Part shown: one piece after another, positions 38,714 to 53,145 of the stretch
How positions within the stretch are numbered: the stretch's first letter is position 1
How the letters are laid out: each line of letters starts with the position of its first letter
DNA from: Octopus vulgaris
Taxonomy: Eukaryota
Direction: 5' to 3'
Length of the DNA: 64,000 nt
Assembly (NCBI GenBank): GCA_951406725.2
Contig: OX597824.1
Span: 9,238,001 to 9,302,000, forward strand
Notes under the pieces: model-generated
Told to the model about the DNA's origin: nothing
The model's input: the letters and a program-made list of their open reading frames with translations, nothing else
Databases searched by the model: none
Position numbers and translations under genes: made by a program

Positions 38714-39280
38714 TATCCAGTAATTTTTGGCTAGTTTATTTTGTCTTTTTGTCTTCTCTCCTGGTGCTGTATGAACATTTAATGTGGTTTTAGAGTCACG
38801 TTTTGGCTGCTATTTCCAGCGTGAAGGTATCTTTTAGATACGCTAAATTATAATCATATATATATATATATTTACACACATCCTGACACGTATATGAATC
38901 TGTGTTTTTCTCTTCAGAACTAAGCATTCTGTAAAATTTGCATCTGTCTTGTTCTATGTTTTATAAAATTTAATACGTCTCGTATAATATAACGACGGAA
39001 TACGTACTGCATATTCGTTGATTATATTCTCACAGAGACTATATCAGAATGCTTCTGTTTTCTTTTATTTCAATTGCATAATGCTTGTTGTAATCCCTCG
39101 TAGTTTTCCTAATACGTAGCACTATAAACTATTTGGTAATTCCTATATTCAAATCCACTGCAATTCTGTCGATAACAGAAAGCCGTATACAAATATATAT
39201 ATATACACGCTCACGCACGTACACTCGCACTCGCATACACACACAGGTACACAGACACACACAAAACGTACACACATACA

Positions 39281-39334
<54 letters not shown>

Positions 39335-40261
39335 TGTGTGTGTGACATTACAAAAGAACTGGATTTCAACTGCCTAATGTAATTCTTCAATATAATTTTA
39401 AGCGCAGATTAGCCTATATCTAAAAACTTGATTTTATTTTCTTTGCCTTTTCGTTTTTGCTTTATTTTCCAAGTATTTTCAAGTAAGCATGTTACTTTCT
39501 TCCCATTTTCTGTATTACCTTATGAGTATTTGCTTACGAAAAGACTTTTTATTGCTATATGCAAAACGTATCAAATGTATATTCCATTGAGAATATTAAA
39601 CACTTTGACGTCAGTAACTGAAAAGAAATGCGCCGGAGACAAAAATTCGTTGCTAAATATTAAGACGTTTCGTTGTATAACTTTTTTAAGCGTTACTGAT
39701 CGAACTGTAAATCCGTTTCGGAAATTATAAACATTAAAATACATTCTTCTCACCAGAATATTCTTTGTTTATATTTTCACTTTTAGAAATTTCGTTCGAC
39801 TAAGAATTAAATAAACTGTTTTGTTAGAATTCGTCCGGTGATATCGACGTTGTTTCAAAACTGATGTATCTCATTTAAAGACGGAAATAAATCAACTGGA
39901 ACGAGGTAACAGGTGCATTGTGGGTGTGAATCTAGAAAGCCGGGGAGTTTAGGTATCAGGGTAATATAATTAAGTACTTAAGCATTCCAGCGCATAGTTC
40001 TATCATATTTATCTCTCGTAAATCACTTCGCGTCTTTCGCTCACTGACTTCAACTTGTAACGTTGCCAACAACTATAATAATCTCTTACGAGATTTATCA
40101 ACTCATCCATAGTTTAATTCTATCTTTGGTTTAGGAGTAAATTCGTGGAATTTATTATATATTTATCAGTTGATTAATTATCACACAACATTGTCTGCTG
40201 AGGATTTTGGAGATTAGGAAACCTGTATATCAAAGCAAGTTCATAACTTGCTTTAATTCTG

Positions 40262-40638
40262 CTAAGAATGCATTAGCAGACTCAAAGAACTGTAGGAAAA
40301 TATGTTTGCTTTGCTACCAACGTGGAACCCGGTTCCACCTGTGAGCACAGTAATATTTGTTTCTACTTTTGAGAACTGAAAGATGGTGCCATACCCATGG
40401 CCTTTGCAGATTTTCGACACCTGTAATAGTGATTCCGTTAAGATTTGTAGATGCGCATGTGTGGGTGAATTGCAGTGATCCCGCGTTCTGATGAAGAACG
40501 AGGTGTATTGGTTGCTGTGGAGACTATGGAATGAACACAAAATGGGGGAAGTTAGGATGCGAGAATAGTGAACCGGTGGTATACGAATGGCGGTTGTAGG
40601 AGACAAGCTCTTCGAAGTGCAGAGGTCGTGTAGAAGAT
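40262..40638 (-). CDS. Candidate host-gene coding exon of unknown product (3' boundary uncertain)
   Basis: A polypyrimidine tract and AG acceptor precede a phase-1 frame, with an in-frame TAA immediately upstream. The frame is open for about 125 codons, non-repetitive, and has several spaced Cys. Confidence 0.45.
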
Positions 40639-40797
40639 CTTAAAAACGGCAAAAAAGAGAAAAAACAACACATCGATGGTCAGGCGTTTGAAATCTGTTG
40701 ATCTTATGCTAATTAGTCGAGTGTTTCTCCTTTGACTTGGTTGATGTGTTTTTATTTGCAACCTTGTGAGCTTTGCTTCAGTAATTGTTTTGCCTGA

Positions 40798-41197
40798 GCA
40801 AGGTGGCGAGCTGGCAGAAACGTTAACATGCCGGACCGAAATACTTAGCGGTATTTCGTCTGACGCTGCGTTCTGAGTTCAAATTCCGCCGAGGTCGACT
40901 TTGCCTTTCATCCCTTCGGGGTCGATAACTTAAGTACCAGTTACGCACTGGAGTCGATATAATCGACTTAATCCGTTTGTTTGTCCTTGTTTTTCCCCTC
41001 TGTGTTTAGCCCCTTTGGGGTAATAAAGAAATAAGTATTTCGTCTGCCGCTACGATCTGAGTTCAAATTCTACCGAGGTCGACTTTGCCTTTCCTCCTTT
41101 CGAGGTCGATAAATTAAGTAGCAATTGTGTACTGGGATTGATCTACTCGACTGGACCCTCCCCCACCATTTTGGGCCTTGTACCTAGCGTAGATAAG
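40798..41197 (+). mobile_element. SINE family A, dimeric form
   Basis: Perfect 15-bp TSD AATTGTTTTGCCTGA at 40783-40797 and 41198-41212. Confidence 0.92.
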
Positions 41198-42233
41198 AAT
41201 TGTTTTGCCTGAAATTTGCAGATCTTTAGTGATAATCGTCTGAGGTCTTGCTTTGAAGAGAAAAGCAATCTAATGCTAGTGCGGTCCTAAGATGTCCAGA
41301 ACTCTTATAAATATAATTTTGTAGATATTAACTGAGCATAAGTCCATCATATACACATGTGTACATGTAAGTGAATGCGTGTATATGTGTTTGCGTGTGT
41401 TTACCAGTATACACCGGTATTGTGTCCCGTTATGTCAAAGTGTTCTTCGAGATTCGATTAACATGAAGCATATTTACATAAGTACTGCGTGCGATGTGAC
41501 CGACTTTAAACCTCTCGTGTCCCCACATTAAATACGTACTGAAACTATTAAAGGATCTCCTTTACTAGATGCTAGCTGTCTAATAGAAGAAACTATAGTT
41601 ATCCCTTTAATGCCGGTTAAGTTGTTTGCAATTTAAACAAGCCATGTGGAACACATTTTGTATCAGCTCGTATTTTTGTGCAAGTCTGGGGAAGTAATCC
41701 TGATTAGGTTTACTAAAACGATTAACTAAACTTGAAAATATACAGAATAAAGAACCGAATACATAATATAATTTCTGTATTGTTACATGATATTTATTTC
41801 ATGCGCGGCCATAATGTTTAAGTTCAAATAGAAAACGGTATTCAATAGAAAACAACAATGTTTAGAAATGTACGATAACATAATTACTTCCAACACGGGA
41901 ACAATTCTTCTCGGGAAGAATAAAAGTCGACTCAATGAACTCCACCGGTTCACTCGTACTTAATCGCATTGACTCGCTGAGGGATGAATGGCAAAGCTGA
42001 CCTTGGTAGGATTCGAACAAAGAACGCGAAGCTTCAGAATAAACGCACAATGCATTTTCTAAAGATTTTCTTAAGCCGCTGAGTGAATACAAACGAAGTA
42101 TATCAATGCGAGGCCTAATAGTTTCGATTGGATGGATTCTAAGGAAACTCACCCTGTGACCTTTTCGGTGCGGTTTCGATTCAACTGTGGGGGAAGTAGA
42201 GTTAAAAAGGACTTAGTAGACGAAAACCTGTGT

Positions 42234-42337
<104 letters not shown>

Positions 42338-42354
42338 AAATAATTAAATATATG

Positions 42355-42471
<117 letters not shown>

Positions 42472-42698
42472 GTATGTATGTATGTATGTGTGTGTGTGTG
42501 TGTGTGTTTATATTTAATTATCTTTGTGGATTTAATTATATTTGAAAGTGTAAGTACAAACAATTACAGGCTCAAAATTGCGCACACATACTCTGGAGGC
42601 GTAGTAAATAGAAACAGTCAAAATATGTTTAATTATACATAAATATATAAAGGATATTTATTAAAAAAGAACGTCAATCATTCCTTAGTTAATGAACT

Positions 42699-43004
42699 GG
42701 ATCTTTTCACTTTGACCGGCAGATTTTTAAAATAATTTCTTTGTAACTAAACACTTTTAAACTTCGTATACTGGTACAGACAACCGCAGAAATTGTATTC
42801 ACCTCAATAGACGTCATGGATTGGTTGAAATTGCCGAAATGCAAGAAATTTAACAAGAAATAGCTTACAAACTACAGAATTTTCTCAAGAAAGCCAAGAG
42901 AAAAAGATGTTTTATGTAACACATTCTACCAGTATACAAATTTTAAAAGTGTTTAGTTACGAAGAAACTATTTTAAAAATCTGCCGGTCAAAGTGAGAAG
43001 ATTC
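42699..43004. mobile_element. MITE-like element with about 77-bp inverted repeats
   Basis: ATCTTTTCACTTTGACCGGCAGATTTTTAAAATA...GTATACTGGTA is inverted at 42927-43004. Confidence 0.82.
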
Positions 43005-43139
43005 AATGTACTTTCTCGCAAACTGCCTTTCATCATATATATTCTTGAAACGGTATTTCGCACTTTACAGAATTTAAAAAGAAAATAAAGCACCCTGACA
43101 ACAAAAACAAGAAAATCTTCATTTCAGTGCTGCAGGGAA

Positions 43140-43142
<3 letters not shown>

Positions 43143-43234
<92 letters not shown>

Positions 43235-43363
43235 AAAGAAAGAAAGAAGGAAAGAAAGAAGGAAAGAAAGAAAGAAAGAAGGAAGGAAAGAAGGAAAGAA
43301 AGAAGGAAAGAAAGAAAGAATGAAAGAAAGAAGGAAAGAAAGACGGAAAGAAAGAAAGAACGA

Positions 43364-43399
<36 letters not shown>

Positions 43400-43400
43400 G
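43143..43400. repeat. (GA)n plus (GAAA/GGAA)n polypurine tract
   Basis: Read directly. Confidence 0.97.
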
Positions 43401-46091
43401 AATAATGAACTTGGGACTATTTAATGTTTAGGCATTAAGTTTAATCCAATGAAATCTTCTCAGAGTTAACCAGGTTGCCGAGATGGACATTATTAGTTTA
43501 TATGATCGGTTCTTCGAAATAATTACGTAAAATGCTTCAGTTTTGGTTTTAGCGTAAAATAATTTTGTCAGACCAGAGTTGTTTAACATAAATTGTTACC
43601 AACGTCTAACAATGTAACTATTTGGAAAGATGTAAAAGAAATATAAACACAGAGCGATCCACATACTATTTCAATCGAAAATAACATTTTACTGGATTAA
43701 AGTATATTGATTTCTTGTGCAGACTCCAAGCCTTGGCAGCAGAAGCGAGATGCAAACTGAAAGTGAGCATTAGCATAGTAATTTATTAGAAACGCTAGGT
43801 GAAATTTCTTGTCAAGAATTTGAACCATATCTTGACCTTGATTTGCTTCGACAAGTACTGGGTTCGATTTAATCAAATAGTACCGCCTCCCGAATGTGTG
43901 TTCTCGAGTTTGTGTACAAATTATATTTTCTATCGCCGCTAGATTCAGTGCACTGGTGTTGCTGGAGAGGAAATACTATAATGAAAACGAGTGAAAGGAG
44001 AAAATGGTGGTTTCTGTATCAAATCTTGTGTGTTCAAATCTAGTCGCTGACGCTGCAAAATGCTGCTAAATCATGCTTGCCAATCAGGTTTAGTCGTTTC
44101 CTTGATAACTTAACATTTGAAGTAGTATTTATTAGATCATCCTTCTGATTGGAGAATAAAATTGGTGCAGTTCAGATATTTCATAGATACCGAGTATTGA
44201 TTTTTCACAAACAAAACTTTATGTGTATAAGCTGGAAGGCCTTCGTCAGTCAAGACCGGCCATACATTGGCAGGTATATGAGCAAAGCTAGGCAACAATT
44301 TTCAGAAAATCTGAGTTTCGGATACATGCAAGTTTCCTCTTTCCCTGACCCTGGGGTTAAACCAAGGGAAAGGTCATCGACTCGGGAAGTACATCTTGGC
44401 ACCTGTGCCATCACAGGCGTTGTTTTTAAATTGCAAAGACCGGAAACAAATACTGTAACACACGTTGCTCCAGCGTCGACGCCTTCAGTCAATCCATCGA
44501 CCCATGTTTCACTGTTGCTATGAATTTTACCCACCTTCATTAATTCTTGGTCTAAGATTTCTGTCTATTTTAATATTCTATCATCGTTGATTTGCATCGA
44601 AAAAAAAGTCTTGGCCATTTATAAAACTTTTCATGGGAATTTCTATCGTTTCCGAAAGGAAGATATGAAAAGATGACCTCAGTTGTATTCTAACTCAGAG
44701 AGAAGAGATTCCAAAGAACTACTGCGAGTAATTTCATCCATCGCTTTAACGACTCTACCGTTTCACCACCTAATAAACAAGAAAAACAAATATTGATACG
44801 AGAAAACGCCTTCTGCGCGTGTACCATCTACGCGGAGAACATATAATGCAGTACGTGTTATCGTACAAGAACTATCTACATTAGGTGTGAACAAGAACTG
44901 TTTAATCAAATTTAGATTCAATGATAATTCATGGCAACAGGATCAAGGAGTAAAATCCGAGTTTCATATTAATATCAAAGATAAAAACCTGCCCGCAGGT
45001 CCTGATCTTTTGTAAATGTGATAATCTATCTGACATGTTTCAGCTTTATGACAGCTTCTCAGTGAATCATAGATCTACTCGCTTATCGAAGATCTTAGAA
45101 TAACAAAAGAAGTATGCAGACATTTCAGTGAAAAATCATTCACAGATTCAAATCGAAGTTTGACATAATGTTTACTTGGACATTCAATTATTCGTTCCAC
45201 GACAAACATCATCAACGTCACTGAAAGCTCACTTTTATTCTTTGCCATTTGCAATGCTGTTATCCAATATTTCTGAAAACGAAGACAGATAACATCGCAT
45301 CATAGAAGAGCAAAGAACTAGTTGTTTGTTCATAAACAATATAAAACTGGTTTGGTTTGATCTGATGTTTAATAGTAGCTATTACATCAAATTGAATCTA
45401 AATTGAGAGTTTTAAAAATGGCCAAGATTTTTTTTTAGATGCAAATCAACGATGTTAGAATATTAAAATAGACGGAAATCTTAAAGCAGGAATTAATGAA
45501 GGTGTGTAAAATTCATAGCAACAGTGAAACATTATGAGCAACAGTTACTATTTACACTGTTCACTTTATTAATAGAATGTTTAGTTTCATATGATATATT
45601 TAAGTGAAATGTAAATACATAGTTACAAGGTAAATGCTAACGTTTGCTTAGAAATACTATATTTAAACGTTATGCTGGTGTAGAGCTATTATTATTGTAA
45701 TTTTCAGCATTGATGTTCTTGTTATATTTGTTGTGTAATCTCTACTGCCACCATGAGATACAATGCTTATTCGCTTTATTAATTCATGTAGGATATTTAA
45801 TACATGGTATTTCGTAACTGTTTACATAATATTTATTTTTAAAAAGGAAGCATAATAATGATAAACATATTGGTAGTTAAAATAATGTTGGCAAACATTC
45901 GTTTCAAATCAACTAGAAAATATTATTACATACCATCTTTATTTCTTGGGAAATATTTTAAAATTCCTTTCCTCTTTTTCTACTAAAAACAAACGTTTGT
46001 TCGATAAAATGATCGTAAGTTATTATATATTTCATACATGCATAGATACACACTCCACACTCCTACAGGTCCACCCACACACATTTATATA

Positions 46092-46142
<51 letters not shown>

Positions 46143-46361
46143 TATATGTATATATTTCACTAGACATGCAGGCATACATGCCTATATGCGCGCTCGTGTG
46201 TGTGTATTGTTTATTAAAGTGTTTAGTTTAGATAGCATTAAAATGCTTATGAAAAGATTATAATTTCACCGATAAAAGGCTTCAAAAGATACATGCATGC
46301 ATACATGTGTGCCGTATGCGTGTGTGTGTGTAATTTATATATGTTTATGTGTATATGAATG

Positions 46362-46400
<39 letters not shown>

Positions 46401-46403
<3 letters not shown>

Positions 46404-46815
46404 CGTAGGATTGGGTGTGTGGTAAGTAGCTTGCTTACTAACCACAAGGCTCCAGGTTCAGTCCCATTGCATGGCACCTTGGGTAAGTGTCTTCTACTAT
46501 AGTCTCGCACCGACCAAAGCCTTGTGAGTGGATTTGGTAAACGGAAACTGAAAGAAGACCGTCGTATATATACACATGTGTGTGTGTGTGTGTGTGTGGG
46601 TGTGTATGTTTGAGTTTATGTGTTTGTCCCCCCAACATCGCTTGACAACCGATGCTGGTGTGTTTACGTCCCCGTAACTTAGCAGTTCGGCAAAGCAGAC
46701 TGATACTAGGCTTACAAGGAATAAGTCCTGGGATCGATTTTCTCGATTAAAGACGGTGCTCCCGCATGGCCACAGTCAAAAGACTGAAACAAGTAAAAGA
46801 AAGAGAATAAAAGAG
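46401..46815 (+). mobile_element. SINE family B
   Basis: Full-length family match. Confidence 0.9.
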
Positions 46816-46959
46816 AATATATATATATATGTGTGTGAGAGAAAGAGAAAGAGAAGGAGAGAAAGGGGGAGAGAGAATGTATGTATAAATACTAATAACA
46901 TTGTATAAAGAACAGTTCTGTCTCTCTCTCTCGCTCTGTTATTTTCTGTCATATATATT

Positions 46960-47009
46960 TGTATGTATGCATGTATGTATGCATGTATGTATGCATGTAT
47001 GTATGCATG

Positions 47010-47043
<34 letters not shown>

Positions 47044-47109
47044 TGTATGTATGTATGTATGTATGCATGTATGTATGTATGTATGTATGTATGTATGTAT
47101 GTATGTATG

Positions 47110-47143
<34 letters not shown>

Positions 47144-47185
47144 TGAATGTATGTATGTATGTATGCTTGTATGTATGTATGTATG

Positions 47186-47219
<34 letters not shown>

Positions 47220-47237
47220 TTTATGCATGTATGTATG

Positions 47238-47271
<34 letters not shown>

Positions 47272-47390
47272 TGTATGTATGTATGTATGTATGTATGTAT
47301 GTATGTATGTATGTATGTATGTATGTATGCATGTACGTACGCATGTATGTATGTATTTACGTTTGTATGTATGAGGGTATGTATGTATAT
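46960..47390. repeat. (ATGT)n microsatellite
   Basis: Read directly. Confidence 0.97.
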
Positions 47391-48735
47391 GCACACGAAT
47401 ATACATACATGTACATCACGCAGATAAATCCAAACATGGTGGCGATGCTGAAGAGAGTGTTGGATTTAAAACGCACAGGACTTTTGTGTGTGGAGATCGG
47501 TGATTACCTGTCATAGAAACTTTCTGTTTGAAGTATCGTGTACGTATATGTATGAGAAGTAAGTGAATGGCTGTATGTGTTTGTGCACATGTATATATGG
47601 TAATGAGAACGAGGGACGAAGGAGAGTGTGGGGGTCAGAGGAAGAACGAACGGGAAAGAGAGACGGAATGAAGGACGATTTCATATCAGAGCATAAGTAA
47701 ATAAGACAGCGAGCGATTGAGTGATATTTGACTATTTGTTAGTGTGAGTGGAAGAATTGGGGGAATATAGACGAGGTAGCTTCATGAAAGGTAACTTGAC
47801 CTTAGCTTGTGTAGCAGCTGATTCTACCTTGAAGAAACTTTACTGCAATAATTTAACGCAAATCTATATTGTTTTGGTATAGGGAGGGAATAGATTGGTA
47901 GACTTGTTAAAACGATGCAAAAAATGCCTTTCAGTGCTGTGGCTTTCCGATCTGAATACATTCAAATCCCGACGGTTTAATTTACTTCGTTTCACCCTTA
48001 TGGGTTGTTAAAATATTCCACTAATCAAATACAGAGGACGATGTATAATTTTCCTACCAAAAATCTGTAGCTTTGTATCTTTGTTAGGAAGCAATCTTAT
48101 GATGTGTGATACTTTGGCGTTGAAAACAGACCAAATAGAATCCGGTTTCTGGTTTCGTAACGTTCTAGGTTACATAAAGAAAAATCTGGTACTTTAAGAT
48201 TCAAAGAGGTACTCTAAAAGATAAAAATTATTCGAGAAACTGTTGCACTAAATGTTTTACGGTATCCAGTATTCTGACTGCATAATAGAGGTTCAGAATC
48301 TGCTGAGACAGTCTTACTCTTCAAGGTTGATACATCATTAAATTGTTATCTCTAATTTAGGTAAAAGGCCGGCAATTGCAGTCAGTTGTAAGGTCTGATA
48401 TTTCTTGATCAACCAGATACGAATGTGGTGACCCCGTTGATTTTTCTCGGCTATGATGTACTCCAGGCTACAATAAACAGTGTTTCATTTTGTTTAGGGC
48501 AGTAAGTTGTGATTTTCAGCAAACTCAGTGACAATATAGACACATCGGCCTGATTATATACATCGGTTTCTAATTTAGGTACAATTACAGCAGTTTTAAG
48601 GGGAGAGGCAAAGTCGATACCATAATCCCCAGAAATTTACTGATATTTGAATTTATCGACATTGGAGGAATAAGAGGAAACGTTGATCTCGCTCAATTTT
48701 AAGCTCAGAACATAACGAGCCGGCTCAATTAAATA

Positions 48736-49284
48736 TATAGATGTTTTTGATCTAATTTTCATTCTTTGCCATGAAATTTGAATTCTTTGCAATCAAATTT
48801 GAATTCTTTGCAATTAAATTTGAATTTTTCAATTGGTGCTCAAGCCTTGAAAAAAAAGAGAGAGTTAAACTACATCAGCCGTAAGGGAATATACGTCTAT
48901 CTTATCTAACTCGTCCAGTAGAGCCCACCAATTGATTTCTGGAAAGTTCGATGAAATAACTCATGAAGACTGCGATACCTTCTACCAAATGATGCTCCGT
49001 TACGTCGACCGGTCTGAACAAGGGGAGATAATAAACGAATGACTCTTTCTATTATTTCCCCTTGTTCAGACCGGTTCGGAACGGAGCATCTTTTGGTAGA
49101 AGCTATCGCAGTGATCATGAGTTATTTCATCGAACTTTCCAGATATCAATTGGTGGGCTCTACTGGACGAGTTTAACTCTCTTTTTTCTTTCACGGCTTG
49201 AGCACCAATTGAAAAATTCAAATTTAATTGCAAAGATTTCAAATTTGATTGCAAAGAATCGAAACTAGATCGAAAACATCTATA
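48736..49284. mobile_element. Fold-back (almost fully palindromic) non-autonomous DNA element
   Basis: Ends are TATAGATGTTTT...AAAACATCTATA. Arms pair inward to about 49033/49050. Both arms carry subterminal 21-bp tandem units. Confidence 0.88.
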
Positions 49285-49922
49285 AATACCTTATAGGGGT
49301 TACTTTACTCGACGATGTCACTCGATATCAATATTTGTACCTAATTTCAAAATGAAAATTTATGTCATGTAATTAGTGAATATAATTTAGCAGGTTTTTT
49401 TAAACCTGAACGGCCTGAATTAATCAACATTTTGATCGTGTGGCACCAGTTTTAATGAATTACTTTCGTGTTATTTCCTCAAGGGTTAAGAGAAGATTTC
49501 AAACGCAGGTGTCAAAAAATAATTCATCAGTTGAAAAATGTTATTAAATCTAACTACAATTTTACTTAAAGTTACTCACATAAAATTGTTATTAATGGAT
49601 TGCTTTTTTTTCCAAACGTCTTTGTTTGAATGTGCAGTTATCGATTATCCTCGTGTTTGCTCACGAAGTGATTTTTTAATTTTTGTTTTTTATTTTCTCA
49701 TTTCCAAAATAGTCGCAGCAAAAAGAAATTCGGTAAAAGGCAAAATATATTTCAAGATTACTCCAAAGAAAAGTAATATTATATGCGTTGTTGAAATTGT
49801 GTGGTTAAGAACTTTACTTCACGGGGGTACAAAAATTTAAAATAAACATGTGGATAAAAATCACATTACACCCCCATGTTGTCTCTCATTTAGTCCCCCT
49901 TCACGGCTGCTACTTTGCCAAA

Positions 49923-50122
49923 TTGTCCCCCCAACATCGCTTGACAACCGATGCTGGTGTATTTACGTCCCCGTAAATGCACCAGCAAAAAGAGATCGGC
50001 AAAAAGAGACCCATAGAATAAGTACTAGGCTTACAAAGAATAAGTCATGGGGTCTATTTGCTCGACTTAAAGGCAGTGCTCCAGCATGGCCACAGTCAAA
50101 TGACTGAAGCAAATAAAAGAGT
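49923..50122 (+). mobile_element. SINE family B, 3' half
   Basis: Family match. Confidence 0.82.
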
Positions 50123-51444
50123 AAATGAATAAAATAGTAAATACTTCTATATTTGGTACAAAAAACAAGCTCCTCTAATTCATAATAATCAGCTTCTATA
50201 TTTAAAGAAAGTAAACAGATTTTTGTTTTTGAAGATGGATGTTGGCCTCAATCACGATCTTATTTGAAAATAATTCAAGTTTCAAAATAAGTCTTAAGAT
50301 GACAGTTTTAACGTATTGTGTAATTTCTATTTCCTTGAAACGTTTATATGTGGTAGATGCATCTCAACTTTATTCAATTCTTACTAGACATACTGAACAG
50401 ATTTACGCATAATTTCTAAATAAACAAGTCCTCGGGATTGGTCTGTCGTTGTCAGAAATATATGTCGCTTTTACGTCGATCAAATAATATTTATTAAAAT
50501 CCAAGTGTCTGTTTTACTGCTTTAATGGTTTACTAGTGCCAGCCATTGAACTGTCGAAGTGCGACGCAAAAAATATGAAAAGAATGTAAAAACAAAATAT
50601 GCACATGAACACATGAATATTTCTTTGATTACACACACGATGGCGCGCACATCTGCACAGCCACACAGACACAACCATACACATCCGCACACACAGACAT
50701 TTTAATGCAAATGCTACGTTAATGACAGTTAATCTTTTCGATCTAAAATTGGCGCTTTCGATCGATGTTTTAATATAATTTACATTAAAATAACAGCTGT
50801 TAATTTATATTCATAGAAAGGATATTTTTAACATGTTCTAAACAACCCTAAAAAAAAAAATAGGCAGCGCTGTTATGATTCTCACACATAGCGAACAAGT
50901 CTGGTCAATTGGCGGTAATATATGTTAGTGTCACATGAAAATTACAGCTGTTTCTTTAGATAAGAAATGCTACGTTAAAGCGTACGAAACAACACTGAAA
51001 AATCTTAACATAACAATGCCGCTTCACATACAAAGTGAGCAGGTTGGATTAATCCAAGGAAACCTGTGCAGAAGTTTCAACCAGCTAAGTTTCAAGGGTT
51101 ATAATATTGCAATTAACTTGATAGGAGCGCTAATGGCTAAATTAGCGAAATGAGCACTTTCCTGAAATTTGATTAAAAACTGTTAGGGAAGGAACCGGCT
51201 TTATAGTTTTCGTCAAATTACTGGAAGGCATTGCATCGTGCCGAATTATTTCAATGCCATTCTGTGTGCCGACAGGTCATGAGTTGGTGTTTGATCAGTG
51301 GCGATGTTCCATATCCTGGAAATATGTATTGGAACCAGCGTTTATTTATTTATTAATTTTTTTTTTTAATTTAAAAATCCACGCAGAATAAAATCCGCTG
51401 GCAAGATGTTTTATGTTATTTAAAAGCGATTTTTTCTCTCTACA

Positions 51445-52054
51445 TGTGTCCATAAGTTGAGCGGTGACGAGCAAGCAAACCAGCGGAGATTGTGGCTTGT
51501 TGATTTTTGTTGTTGTCACGTAAAGCATGTGGAACTTATGCTCCATACTTCTGAACTTTTCCCATCGAGTGAAGATGCTACTCTATAGCAATGTAGGAGC
51601 ATTTCATTTTCTCTTCCAGTTCCCTTACCGTTTGACGAGAATTTTCGTTCAAAAGTTAGCTTAATCGCTCTTCATCGAACTCAACTGGATGGCCAGAACG
51701 AGGTGTGTCTTTGAGGTTCAAATTTCCATTTTAAACTTGGCATACCATTCACGATCGGTTTTTTCAGCTATGGCACCTTCTCCATACACAGCACAAATGT
51801 CGCGAGCAGCTTTTGTGGCCTTAGAACTTTGATTAAAAGCAAAAAGAAGGGGGTGTCGAAAATACTCGTTTTTCTTAACTTGACATTCCATTTTAATGAT
51901 CTGAAAATAAACAAAAAATAACTAAGATTAACTAGAAAAAAAAATTACAAAATAGATTCCAAAATTTAAAAACGCAATGAATTCCAAAATTTAAAAACGC
52001 AATGAATTCCAAAATTTAAAAAAAAACGGCAGGAACGTAGTTGTCAACCCAATA
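51445..52054 (-). mobile_element. Mariner transposon 5' part with a pseudogenised transposase
   Basis: TIR-like TATTGGGTTGACAACTAC and ATG at 51891. Translation: MECQVKKNEYFRHPLLFAF...AARDICAVYGEGAI...WYAKFK/DTPRSGHP...TVREL...GKVQKYGA*VPHAL (WVPHxL-like). Contains stops and a frameshift. Confidence 0.92.
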
Positions 52055-52244
52055 TGTTGATAATCTCTGGATATCATCTGTTGACGAAATTTTAAAATAA
52101 TTGCATAGACACAAGCCGAGGACATCCACAGATCTGCAAGACTGGTGTATTAATTATCTATCTTGCAAGGCAGAAAAGCGAAGTTTACCTCGGCGAGAGT
52201 AGAACTTAAAATGTTAATGATAATTCTAGTAATGATTATTATTT

Positions 52245-52455
52245 TCAAATCTTAGCACAAGCCCGGCAATTTTGGGTGGAGGGGATAAGTCGATTACATC
52301 AACCCCAGCGTTCAACTAGTACCCATTTTGATTTACTTCGAAAGGATGGAAGCAAAATTTACCTCGGCGGAATTCGAACTCATAACGTAAAGACCGGCGA
52401 TACGCCGCTAAGCATTTTGTCCGGTGTACTAGCGACTTTGCCTGCTCGTCGCCTT
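52245..52455 (-). mobile_element. SINE family A, diverged
   Basis: Family match. Confidence 0.78.
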
Positions 52456-52481
52456 AATTCTAATAATAATTTACTCTTTTG

Positions 52482-52704
52482 AAGGCGGTGAGCTGGCAGA
52501 AACGTTACACGCCGGGCAAAATGCGTAGCTGTATTTCGTCTGCGGTTACGTTCTGAGTTCACATTCCGCCGTGGTCGACTTTGCCTTTCTTCCTTTCAGG
52601 GTCGATAAATTAAGTACTACTTACGCACTGGGGTCGATGTAATCGACTTAATCCGTTTGTTTGTCCCCTCTGTGTTTAGCCCCTTGTGAGTAGTAAAGAA
52701 ATTA
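52482..52704 (+). mobile_element. SINE family A monomer
   Basis: Family match. Confidence 0.88.
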
Positions 52705-52709
52705 GTGAT

Positions 52710-52952
52710 TTACCCTTTTACTCTTCTACTTGTTTCATTCATTTGACGGCGGCCATGCTGGAGCAACGCCTTTAGTCGAGCAAATCGACCCTAGGACATA
52801 TTCTTTGTAAGCCTAGTACTTATTCTATCGGGCTCTTTTGCCGAACCGCTAAGTTTTGGGGACGTAAACACACCAGCATAGGTTGTCAAGCGATGTTGGG
52901 GGGACAAACAAAAACACATAAACACACACACACACACACACATATATATATG

Positions 52953-53007
<55 letters not shown>

Positions 53008-53145
53008 GACGGGTTTCTTTCAGTAGCCGTCTATCAAATCCACTCACAAGGCTTTGTTCGGCCCGAGGCTATAATAGAAGACACTTGCCCAAGGTGCCAC
53101 ACAGTGGGACTGAACCCGGAACCATATGGTTGGTAAGCAAGCTAC
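52710..53145 (-). mobile_element. SINE family B
   Basis: Family match with an expanded internal (TA)n. Confidence 0.88.

Noticed and set aside
44149-44540. Overlapping ORFs on both strands in a GC-richer patch
   Set aside because: No recognisable domain or clear splice sites; possibly an old LINE UTR.
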